A stretch of DNA of 32,000 bases from assembly GCF_000020025.1 (NCBI RefSeq), contig NC_010631.1:210001-242000 (forward strand), in the 5' to 3' direction. The position numbers were made by a program, and so were the translations under genes. The stretch is from Nostoc punctiforme PCC 73102 (GTDB taxonomy: Bacteria > Cyanobacteriota > Cyanobacteriia > Cyanobacteriales > Nostocaceae). Below the pieces are notes generated by a model. The model did no database searches, had not been told where the DNA came from, and was given only the letters and a program-made list of their open reading frames with translations. Shown here in pieces: positions 17,701-25,356 of this stretch (position 1 is its first letter; the number at the start of each line of letters is the position of its first letter).

Positions 17701-17750
17701 AAGTATGGGATGTTGGTAAGCTTGACTGGATGACAGAAACATCAAAATAG
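14730..17750 (+). CDS. WD40-repeat protein, ~22 blades, with N-terminal signal peptide/anchor
   Basis: ATG 14730 (the ORF is open from TTG 14694). N-terminus MGDRASRIILIALSAFLVTIAPTF...APQVLAQTP. It is followed by 22 units of about 41 aa of the form GH...V.SANFSPDGK.IVTAS.D.TARIWD.SGK...ELK, counted through the FSPDG-like cores. Confidence 0.9.
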   Translation: MGDRASRIILIALSAFLVTIAPTFPQNFSGIFFAPQVLAQTPNQPNPHKNPALAVTGSFIDYFAEERQLKGHEGSVNSASFSPDDKLIVTAGADNTARVWDFSGKQLVELIGHQSNVYSANFSPDGKLIVTASFDGTARIWDISGKQLVELKGHQGNVYSANFSSDGKWIITASADKTARIWDISGQQIAQITGHENIVTSANFSSDGKRIITASADKTACMWDLSGKLLVQLKGHTDTVWSANFSPDGQRIVTASDDKTARVWDLSGKVLAELKGHGDSVYSASFSPDGKLIVTASIDRTARVWDATGKVIGKLEGHQGSVNNAKFSFDGTQIVTASSDGSILIWNTSKKIFIELLGHLGEVFSASFSPDGKQIITTSKDGTVRIWNTLNKQITEIKAQVAVQSANFSPNGKLIVTTSSEKFAQVWDTSGKILTELKGHESRVNSATFSPDGKFIVTASDDTTARIWDISGKLLTELKADHGRVVSANFSYDGKQIITGSGNTAFIWNTSGKLISKLELKGPQYSVISANFSRDRQLIVTASHDGSAWIWDSSGKVITKIEFPNNITENYSENRVYGADFTPDGKYLVTVTSDGGRVWDISGKLIAEFKGHQDEVINFSLSPDGKQMLTASDDRTVRVWDISNKSLAQINSSQIPSTNNQTKLQYKDEDKSITSLAFSPDNQFFVTGSKSGNVKIWDTSGKLLNELRGHEYQINGINFSSDGKSILTVSLDFARVWSNSGKLLAEIKGKQKHDAALTSASLSPDGKLIVTGYSSFQQNAYLWDSSGKQQMELQGHQNFVNSVNFSPDGKLIVTASDDETACIWDTTGKLLNELKGNSSKVKSASFSPDGKKIITTSSDGTAIIWDTFGKLLAKFNIGFPISSYSSTRVNFSPDGRFIIAQIEGGFTRLWGADGTVISTDESLGNITFSPDGKLIAIVRRGGSASVGIPEEKKLAILQIEPYLVQRVIFSHNSKFFVTISEIPFSSVDKIQVWDVGKLDWMTETSK

Positions 17751-17862
17751 TTTAACATCTGTGCGTTTGCTTATTTAGGGAAAAGGAGACGAACGAAACC
17801 CTTAAGGTTAAAGCAATAGAAACATTTTGAAGCAAATCGGAATTAAAAGCATAAGACTGATT

Positions 17863-17907
17863 CTTTTCCTCATTGCCCTTTCCCTCTTCCCTTTCACATG
17901 ATTCATC
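17863..17907. repeat. Purine/pyrimidine-rich repeat family, copy 2 (inverted orientation)
   Basis: CTTTTCCTCATTGCCCTTTCCCTCTTCCCTTTCACATGATTCATC. Its reverse complement resembles the left arm of the 31543-31634 copy (GGGGATTCATGTTAAAGGGGAAAGGGATGA). Confidence 0.4.
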
Positions 17908-17916
17908 TTTAAAATT

Positions 17917-20900
17917 ATGACTTTCACTAAGTTTGCATGTGGGTGCATATTGTTGTTAATATCGGCTTGTTTATTTATCCCCAATCGCCAACTAATTGTC
18001 ACCGCGTCCACTATTTTTAAAGATATTGCTCAAGCGTCAGGTGCTTCAAAATATTCACCTATTGAACTTAACCCCTACGCAAGTACAGTTGAAAATGCCA
18101 GTTTTAGCCCTGATGGAAGGTTTATTATCACTGGATTTGATAATGGAACTGCCCGTATTTGGGATAAAAGTGGTAATCTAATCACTGAATTAAAAGCGGG
18201 AGAAAATAAAGTAAAAAGTGCCTTTTTTAGTCCTAACAGTAAGTTTATTGTCACCTCATCTAACCGCACAAAAATATGGGACACTTCAGGAAAAAAACTA
18301 GTGGAATTAAAAGGGTATAATCCAAGTATTAGTCCTGATTGCAAGTTTATTGTTACAACCTTTTTGGGCGCTACGCTATGGGATACATCGGGTAAACTGC
18401 TAGTGGAATTTAAAGAGGATAAAGATAATCCTGTTATGAGTGCTAGCTTTAGCCCTGATAGTAAACTAATTATCACGGCATTACGTAATGGTATTGTACG
18501 TGTGTGGGATACAAATGGTAAACTCATAACTGAATTTACAGCTGATCGCAATCTTCTCAAAAGTGCTGTTTTTAGTCCAAATGGTAAGCTAATTTTCACT
18601 ACTTCTTTTGGTACTTCTAGAGTATGGGATATTTTAGGTAAGCTGCTAGCAGAACTCAAAGGTCGCCATCTATCGATTCAAAGTGCCAATTTTAGTCCTG
18701 ATAGTAAGCTGATTGTCACCACATCTTTAAATAATAGTGACTTTTTTAATAGGAATGCCCAAGTGTGGGATACATCAGGTAAAGAAATAGCTGAACTTAA
18801 AGGACATGAAGGGGATGTTACAGGGGCGAACTTTAGCCCTGATGGAAAGCGCATAGTCACTGTTTCTAATGATGGGACTGCCCGGATATGGGATACAAAT
18901 GGTAAAATGCTGCTTACCTTGAAAGGACATCAGGGAAATGTTAGCAAAGCTAGTTTTAGCCCTGATGGACAACTTGTAATTACCGCTTCTGATGATGGTA
19001 CGTCACGGTTGTGGGATGCAAATGCCAAACAATTAGCTACACTAAATCTGGGTGAAAAAATTGCTATTTCCCCGAAAGCTGAAGCCGATCGTCTCCGTGA
19101 TCTACAATTCTACTCCCCTAACTGCGCTCTAGCATTCGACCCCTGGCAAAAAGCTCTAAAACTTTACCAACAAATCTCCGATAAGGAAAACCAAGCTGTT
19201 ATCCTAGAAAAACTTGGCAACGCTCACTACTGCATTGGTTATTATACCAGCGCGATTCAAAGTTATACTCAAGCAACTGCCATTGCCCAGAAATTCAATT
19301 ACCCACAACTCCAAGCCAACAATCTTTCCAATCTCGGCAATGTTTATAACACCCTAGCTGACTATGAAACTGCAATTAATAAATATAACGAAGCCTTAAA
19401 GCTCCTCCCCAAAGATAACTCCCCAAGCAAAGCCAAGATTCTTCAAGGACGAGGAAATAGTTACAATTCTCAAAGTAAATATCGTGAAGCTATTCAAGAT
19501 TACTTGCAAGCATTAGCTATCGATGAAGTAATTAAAAATACCTCTGGCGTAGCTGAAAATAAAGTCAATTTGGCAAGTATTTATCTGGCTTCTGGAGATA
19601 CCAATAAAGCAACTCAATATTATAAAGAAGCATTAGATATCAAGCCGATGGAAGCACTATCTGGTTTGGGAAATGTTTACTGGACGCTTGGTGAAATCAA
19701 TAAAGCCATTGACTTATATCAGCAGAGTTTAGCTAAAGCACAGCAACAAGAAAATAAAGAAGGTGAAGGAAATGCACTCAATAGCTTAGGATTTACTCTG
19801 TATAAATCAGATAGACTCACTGAAGCAGAACAATATTTGCGTCCAGCGATCGCTATTTGGGAAAATCTCCGCATAGTATTAGACGATGGCAATAAAATTT
19901 CCATCTTTGAAAAACAAACTCGTACCTATCGTCTGTTACAAGAAGTGTTGATTGCTCAAAATAAAATAACTGAAGCCTTGGAAGTATCTGAAAGTGGTAG
20001 GGCAAGAGCTTTTATTGAATTATTAAGTAAACGATTATCTCCTAATCAAACAGAGCAATTAAAAGTTCCTGTATTGAATACTGAACAGATGAAACAAGTT
20101 GCTAAAAATGAAAATGCAACCCTGGTTCAATATTCGATTATTACTGATGAATTTAAAGTTGGCGGTAAACTGCAAACTCAAGATTCAGAACTATATATTT
20201 GGGTAATCAAACCTACAGGTGAGATTAAATTTTATCCAATTGACCTCAAACCCCTATGGCAGCAACAAAATACCTCCCTAAGAAATAAAGTTGACCAAAC
20301 CCGTCAGTCGATTGTTAAAGATGTGAGCCTTACTAGTCGTAGTAATAACATCACTCTCACACCAGGAGATCGCGTTAAACTCAATGACGATGAGCCAGAC
20401 TGGGAAGCTTGGCAAGTAGTATCAGTTGATATTAAAAACGGTAAAATCACTATTCGCTTGCCCTCTTGGGAGGCAGAAAAACCAGCAATAGAACGTCCAA
20501 TAATAGATGTAGTGAAAAAAATCGGTATAAATAGTTTTGTTGCAAACGCCAAAAACTTACAGTTACAGGAACTTTACCAGCTACTTATCCAACCAATTGC
20601 AGACATACTGCCAAAAGAAGAAACAGCTCGTGTCATCTTCATCCCCCAAGATGCTTTATTTTTAGTTCCTTTCCCAGCATTGCAAGATTCATCGGGGCAA
20701 TACTTAATTGATAAACATACTATCCTTACCGCCCCTTCCATTCAAATATTAGAATCTACTCATAAACTACGGCAAAAAGTTCCAGGTTCAGCCAAAGATA
20801 TTTTGATAGTCGGTAATCCCACAATGCCCAAGGTTTCAAAAAACCCTAGAGAATCACCTCAGCAATTAGGTGCGCTTCCTGGTTCAGAAAAAGAAGCTCT

Positions 20901-21429
20901 TGCAATTGCTTCATTTTGGAAAACTCAAGCTTTGATTGGTAATCAAGCTACTAAAAAAGCAGTGTTGCAAAAACTACCACTAGCTAAAATCATTCATTTG
21001 GCAACTCATGGCTTGTTGGATGATATTCGAGGATTGGGAAGTTCTATTGTCTTTGCTCCCGAAGGACAGGATAACGGTTTGTTGACAGCAGAAGACATCC
21101 TAAAATTGTACACAGCACTCCAAGGTTCTACCTTAAGTGCCGAATTAGTCGTATTAAGTGCTTGCGATACGGGACAGGGTAGGCTGACAGGTGATGGGGT
21201 AATTGGGTTATCTCGTTCCATAATTGCCGCAGGGGTTCCCAGTGTTATAGTTTCCTTGTGGTCGATACCAGATGCACCCACTGCTGAATTAATGACAGAA
21301 TTTTATGAAAATTTCCGCAAAAATCCTGACAAAGCTACTGCTTTGCGGCAAGCGATGCTGACGACGAAGAAAAAACATCCCAATCCTGTTGAATGGGCAG
21401 CTTTTACTCTGATTGGAGAATCTGAGTAA
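17917..21429 (+). CDS. WD40 (8 blades) + TPR + CHAT caspase-like protease, lipoprotein-type signal
   Basis: 1170 aa. N-terminus MTFTKFACGCILLLISACLF (ISAC fits a lipobox). It has 8 FSPDG-type WD40 units, then TPR units (aa ~400-650), then a CHAT domain with GRARAFIELL, His in IIHLATHG (21007-21009) and Cys in VVLSACDTG (21163-21165). Confidence 0.9.
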   Translation: MTFTKFACGCILLLISACLFIPNRQLIVTASTIFKDIAQASGASKYSPIELNPYASTVENASFSPDGRFIITGFDNGTARIWDKSGNLITELKAGENKVKSAFFSPNSKFIVTSSNRTKIWDTSGKKLVELKGYNPSISPDCKFIVTTFLGATLWDTSGKLLVEFKEDKDNPVMSASFSPDSKLIITALRNGIVRVWDTNGKLITEFTADRNLLKSAVFSPNGKLIFTTSFGTSRVWDILGKLLAELKGRHLSIQSANFSPDSKLIVTTSLNNSDFFNRNAQVWDTSGKEIAELKGHEGDVTGANFSPDGKRIVTVSNDGTARIWDTNGKMLLTLKGHQGNVSKASFSPDGQLVITASDDGTSRLWDANAKQLATLNLGEKIAISPKAEADRLRDLQFYSPNCALAFDPWQKALKLYQQISDKENQAVILEKLGNAHYCIGYYTSAIQSYTQATAIAQKFNYPQLQANNLSNLGNVYNTLADYETAINKYNEALKLLPKDNSPSKAKILQGRGNSYNSQSKYREAIQDYLQALAIDEVIKNTSGVAENKVNLASIYLASGDTNKATQYYKEALDIKPMEALSGLGNVYWTLGEINKAIDLYQQSLAKAQQQENKEGEGNALNSLGFTLYKSDRLTEAEQYLRPAIAIWENLRIVLDDGNKISIFEKQTRTYRLLQEVLIAQNKITEALEVSESGRARAFIELLSKRLSPNQTEQLKVPVLNTEQMKQVAKNENATLVQYSIITDEFKVGGKLQTQDSELYIWVIKPTGEIKFYPIDLKPLWQQQNTSLRNKVDQTRQSIVKDVSLTSRSNNITLTPGDRVKLNDDEPDWEAWQVVSVDIKNGKITIRLPSWEAEKPAIERPIIDVVKKIGINSFVANAKNLQLQELYQLLIQPIADILPKEETARVIFIPQDALFLVPFPALQDSSGQYLIDKHTILTAPSIQILESTHKLRQKVPGSAKDILIVGNPTMPKVSKNPRESPQQLGALPGSEKEALAIASFWKTQALIGNQATKKAVLQKLPLAKIIHLATHGLLDDIRGLGSSIVFAPEGQDNGLLTAEDILKLYTALQGSTLSAELVVLSACDTGQGRLTGDGVIGLSRSIIAAGVPSVIVSLWSIPDAPTAELMTEFYENFRKNPDKATALRQAMLTTKKKHPNPVEWAAFTLIGESE

Positions 21430-21446
21430 CTCAAGTTTAGTTACCA
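20362..21446 (+). repeat. Highly similar paralogous segment B (partner of 13326-14407)
   Basis: See segment A. The proteins are nearly identical from PGDRVKLNDD to the C-terminal FTLIGESE. Confidence 0.85.
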
Positions 21447-21468
21447 ATAAATCGCTAAGGAGTGTGAA

Positions 21469-21843
21469 ATGCCAGAAGAAAATTCTATCGGATTAGCAGA
21501 ATTGATTGAGCAGATAAAGCAAGAATTGCTTTCAACAGAGGTAGAAGGAGAAAAACCCATACCCTTGTTTAGTGTTGACCAAGTGAGTTTGGAATTGCAA
21601 GTGACAGCACGTAAAGAGGGGAAAGCTGGAATCAAAGTCTACGTTGTGGAATTAGGTGGTGGAGGCAGCCGTGATGATGTACAAAAAGTTACTGTCACCT
21701 TAACCCCTTTATTGAGTAAAGAAGAGCGAATTGCGCTTTATAAAACACGCTATCCCCAAAAGTGGAAGTTGCTGGAAGAAACTAGTATAGAAGGATTGCT
21801 GAAGGGCAGCAATGACGAACCTCTTGGCGACCTCTTAGGCTAA
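21469..21843 (+). CDS. trypco2-like small protein (trypsin/caspase co-occurring domain 2)
   Basis: 124 aa, with RBS AAGGAG 8 nt before the ATG. The core IGLAELIEQIKQEL...PLFSVDQVSLELQVTARKEGKAGIKVYVVELGGGGSRDDVQKVTVTLTPL matches my recollection of the trypco2 pattern (helix, then two beta hairpins ending ...h.V.L.L.P). It starts 39 bp after the upstream CHAT gene and ends 16 bp before the next one. Confidence 0.65.
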   Translation: MPEENSIGLAELIEQIKQELLSTEVEGEKPIPLFSVDQVSLELQVTARKEGKAGIKVYVVELGGGGSRDDVQKVTVTLTPLLSKEERIALYKTRYPQKWKLLEETSIEGLLKGSNDEPLGDLLG

Positions 21844-21859
21844 ATAGCAAGGATGGCTA

Positions 21860-24433
21860 ATGGAGCTATTAAAGGTATACCTATCTCCCATTAATGAGGC
21901 TGATTTCAAAGTCAGCGTCAATGGGTTACGAGTTGGTCAAGCGGAAGCCAACTCAACATTACCTTTTTGGCAAGACGGAATAAACTTGCTGATTACCGTT
22001 ATTAAATCTCTAGAAGCTATTCGTTTTCGACCAGAGGACTTTCAGCGCTCTGGGGAACAAGATTGGATGGTGCAAGTTGGTCTACTAGTTCAAGACCGAA
22101 AAGCCTTTCATCCCTATTTTTTAACAAACATTGGCAAGGCACTGTATCAATCACTTTTTCCCCCAGGCTCTAAAGTCGAAAAAATGCTGCAAAATGCGAT
22201 TAATTTAGCCCAAAATAACGGAACTCAACTGCATATACAACTAGAAATAGCGGCAGATATCTTAGGCTCAACTCGTTTACCTGATTATCCTTGGGAATTA
22301 ATGCATGATGACCGAGGGTTTTTGACTCAACATCAAGTTACCTTCTCTCGTTACATTACCTATGATGCTGCACCGCCGAAGCTACCATCGATGGAGCAAG
22401 TTAACGTTTTGTTAATATCCTCTGCGGCTTCTGACCCAGAAAATGCTTTGGAAAAGCTGCCACAGCAAGAACAACTTGCAGTACGCAGAGGTTTAGGAAT
22501 AGCCGAGAAAGAAGGTCATATTCGGCTAGTTGAACTGAAACCCCCGACTTTAAAAGCTTTGCGGGATTATCTGACTGAACATCGGAATGAGACAGCACCT
22601 CATGTTATCCATTTTGATGGACATGGCTTGTTTGGTAAATGCTGTAACAATACATTGGACAATGGTCAGCTATGTCGAACTATACATAAAGGTATAAAAA
22701 TAAACAACTGTCAACGTTGCTATGCCTTACTTCCTGAACCGCAAGGATATCTAGTTTTTGAAGATGAAACTGGCAAACCAAATTATGTGAGTGCTAAGGA
22801 AATTGGTATACTGCTACAGCAAAATAGTTTTACTGATAATTCTAAACAGCTACGTGGTGTAGCTTTAGTGGTATTGAGCGCCTGTCAATCTGGTTTGGCG
22901 TTAACTGGAACTTCAGTGTTTAATGGTGTAGCTCAAAGCTTAATTGCTCACCGCACTCCAGCAGTGGTAGCGATGCAGTATTCTGTGAGTGTGCCAGGTG
23001 CAACAGCTTTTAGTGAGCAATTTTATCGTTCACTTGGTCAAAAAGACCCCTTGGCAATGGCAGTGAGTCAAAGCCGAGAAGCAATGGGTACAGAAGGCAA
23101 GCAGTGGTATCGTCCAGTACTTTATCTGCGCTGGCAAGATAACGAAGGCGGTCAACTCTTTGCAGCACCGACTTCAGTTATTCCTACACCAATTAAATTA
23201 AAACCCTCTGTTTTTGTTCCATCTGCAAGTTTAGTCATAACAGCTTTGGTGTTTGGAGTACGACTGCTAGGAATACTGCAATCATCAGAGCTAAAGATAT
23301 TTGACCAGATGATGCGACTGCGCCCAGATGAGGGAATAGACCCTCGAATTTTGGTTGTTACTATTGATGATGAAGATTTAAAATATCAAAATTCTAAGGG
23401 AATGAAAGGCCGTGGATCATTATCCGACATTGCACTACATAAACTTTTAGAGAAACTACAACCCAATCAACCAAGAGTAATTGGCTTAGATATCATTCGT
23501 GATTTTCCTGTTAGCAACGACCAGCCAGAATTAGCAAATAAATTACAAAATAATGATAATTTTATTGCCATCTGCATAGGTAACGACCTCACAACTGGGG
23601 ATAAAGGTATTGAACCTCCACCAGAAGTTCCAACAGAGCGTTTAGGTTTTGCTGATGTGGTTATAGACGATGATAAAATTCTCCGTCGGTATCTGTGGAA
23701 TGCAAATTTTAACAGTAAAACTGCTTGTGAAACAGAAGATCCTTTAAGCCTTAAGCTTGCACTATATTACTTAGCTAAAAAAGGTATTAAACCTGAAACC
23801 ACGCATTCGATAGATTTATTATTAGGGAAAACTCGCTTACAACGTTTACAGGCAAGAGCAGGAGGCTACCAAAATTTAGACAATGATGGCTACCAAATGC
23901 TACTTAATTATCGCTCTCGAAATATTGCCAGACAAGTTTCCCTAAGAAATATCCTAGAAAATAGTTTTGACCCTTCCTGGGTGAAAGACCGAATAGTTAT
24001 CATTGGCGTTACTGCTAGAAGTGTAAAAGATAATTTTTATACCCCATACAGTCTTAACGAACAGTCAGACCAAATAATGCGGGGTGTATTTGTTCAAGCC
24101 CAAATGGTAAGTCAAATTACTAGTGCGGCATTAGATGGTCGTCCTCTGCTGGGAGTACTGCCTTGGTGGGGAGATGTTTTTTACATCTGGCTATGGTCTT
24201 TAGCTGGAGGTGTGTTTGGCACAGTTGTGTTGCAGAGACTTGCTTGGCGCGATCGCAAAATAATTCTTGTGATTACAAGCATAGGTATTATTTTTGTTAT
24301 CTCCTATAGCATCTGCCTTTTTCTTTTAATTCATGGCCACTGGCTACCATTCCTTCCTTCTACCATAGCTTTCCTTACTACAGGTGTAATTACGTTTAGC
24401 TATATCCACCAATTACCGTATAAACGCTGTTAA
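21860..24433 (+). CDS. CHAT protease fused to a transmembrane CHASE2 sensor module
   Basis: 857 aa. CHAT His in VIHFDGHG (22622-22624) and Cys in VVLSACQSG (22883-22885). One TM span lies at ~23222-23278. A CHASE2-like segment follows (SELKIFDQMMRLRPDEGIDPRILVVTIDDEDL ... RIVIIGVTARSVKDNFYTPY). Three C-terminal TM spans lie at 24164-24406. No other output domain is present. Confidence 0.85.
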   Translation: MELLKVYLSPINEADFKVSVNGLRVGQAEANSTLPFWQDGINLLITVIKSLEAIRFRPEDFQRSGEQDWMVQVGLLVQDRKAFHPYFLTNIGKALYQSLFPPGSKVEKMLQNAINLAQNNGTQLHIQLEIAADILGSTRLPDYPWELMHDDRGFLTQHQVTFSRYITYDAAPPKLPSMEQVNVLLISSAASDPENALEKLPQQEQLAVRRGLGIAEKEGHIRLVELKPPTLKALRDYLTEHRNETAPHVIHFDGHGLFGKCCNNTLDNGQLCRTIHKGIKINNCQRCYALLPEPQGYLVFEDETGKPNYVSAKEIGILLQQNSFTDNSKQLRGVALVVLSACQSGLALTGTSVFNGVAQSLIAHRTPAVVAMQYSVSVPGATAFSEQFYRSLGQKDPLAMAVSQSREAMGTEGKQWYRPVLYLRWQDNEGGQLFAAPTSVIPTPIKLKPSVFVPSASLVITALVFGVRLLGILQSSELKIFDQMMRLRPDEGIDPRILVVTIDDEDLKYQNSKGMKGRGSLSDIALHKLLEKLQPNQPRVIGLDIIRDFPVSNDQPELANKLQNNDNFIAICIGNDLTTGDKGIEPPPEVPTERLGFADVVIDDDKILRRYLWNANFNSKTACETEDPLSLKLALYYLAKKGIKPETTHSIDLLLGKTRLQRLQARAGGYQNLDNDGYQMLLNYRSRNIARQVSLRNILENSFDPSWVKDRIVIIGVTARSVKDNFYTPYSLNEQSDQIMRGVFVQAQMVSQITSAALDGRPLLGVLPWWGDVFYIWLWSLAGGVFGTVVLQRLAWRDRKIILVITSIGIIFVISYSICLFLLIHGHWLPFLPSTIAFLTTGVITFSYIHQLPYKRC

Positions 24434-24495
24434 GAAGACAGAGAGTATGTCTGTCGTCGTTTTGTAGAGATATTTATTCCATACTTCTATAAAAA

Positions 24496-25350
24496 ATGAT
24501 AAAGTTACTTTTTCGACATTTGAGTTTAGCTTTAATTTTTCCCTTAACATTAGGTGTTTATTCTCTTGTTAAAGCAGCCCCACGCTCTAATTATGTTTGG
24601 GAAGATGGGGTTACTTTAAAGCAGCAACAAAGACAACAGCCTCAAACCCCAAAACCTACAAATACGCCTAAAACTTCAGGACTAATTTCCCAGATTATTC
24701 ACTTTTTATTACCCTCAAAAGGCGCGCCTGGTCAGCGAAGCTATGCTGCGGCAAGAGCGGATTGTCCAGCTATTGAAAAACCTCTGACGGCTTTAGTTCC
24801 AAATACAAACATTGGATTAACTATTTCCGAACGTCCGACATTCTGGTTTTATATTCCTTACCAGCCTACAGACACAAATCCAGTTGAATTTTTGCTAATA
24901 AATGATAAAAATAATCCGGTTTATAAAACTACTTTTCAGTTAACAAATATACCAGGGATTATTAGTGTCAACTTACCTCAAAATATACCAGCATTAGAAA
25001 TTGGTAAAAAATATAATTGGGTCTTATCTTATATGTGCGATCCAGCAAATCGCCTGAAGGATCCTTTTGTTAAAGGATATATTGAGCGAGTTTCTATCAA
25101 CTCTAATTTGAAAAATGATTTAGAGAAAGCAAGTAGACCGAGAGAGCGCATTTTGCTGTTCGCTGAAAATGGTCTTTGGTATGATGCTCTGACGATCCTG
25201 GCTAACGAACGCCGTCAAAAACCCAAGGATGCACAGGTAACAAAAGATTGGAAAGATTTATTACTGTCCTCAGAAGGGGACTTAACAGAGATTAAAGAGA
25301 TTGTTTCAGAACCTATTGTCTCTTGCTGCCAAAATATTGTAACTCAATAG
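24496..25350 (+). CDS. DUF928 domain-containing secreted protein
   Basis: 284 aa. Signal peptide MIKLLFRHLSLALIFPLTLGVYSLVKA. A Gln/Pro-rich linker precedes a core with ERPTFWFYIPY...VEFLL...YKTTFQL...PGIISV.LP...LEIGKKYNW, as I recall for DUF928. It starts 62 bp after the CHAT-CHASE2 gene. Confidence 0.7.
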   Translation: MIKLLFRHLSLALIFPLTLGVYSLVKAAPRSNYVWEDGVTLKQQQRQQPQTPKPTNTPKTSGLISQIIHFLLPSKGAPGQRSYAAARADCPAIEKPLTALVPNTNIGLTISERPTFWFYIPYQPTDTNPVEFLLINDKNNPVYKTTFQLTNIPGIISVNLPQNIPALEIGKKYNWVLSYMCDPANRLKDPFVKGYIERVSINSNLKNDLEKASRPRERILLFAENGLWYDALTILANERRQKPKDAQVTKDWKDLLLSSEGDLTEIKEIVSEPIVSCCQNIVTQ

Positions 25351-25356
25351 CTGAAG

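Noticed and set aside
18075-18659. 194-aa minus-strand ORF, with similar ones at 15683-15982, 17117-17350 and 18678-18860
   Set aside because: These are antisense to the WD40 repeats. Their translations are low-complexity Ser/Leu/Pro repeats that mirror the sense periodicity, and the sense ORFs have clear domain content.
14940-19020. ~123-bp periodic repeats across two genes
   Set aside because: These are coding WD40 blades (GH...WD units) in continuous ORFs. They are not a CRISPR or non-coding tandem array.
9502-21429. TPR-CHAT proteins as Csx29/Craspase components of a type III-E CRISPR system
   Set aside because: There is no gRAMP/Cas7-11, no other cas gene and no CRISPR array in the window. 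The proteins also carry export signals and WD40 arrays not seen in Csx29.
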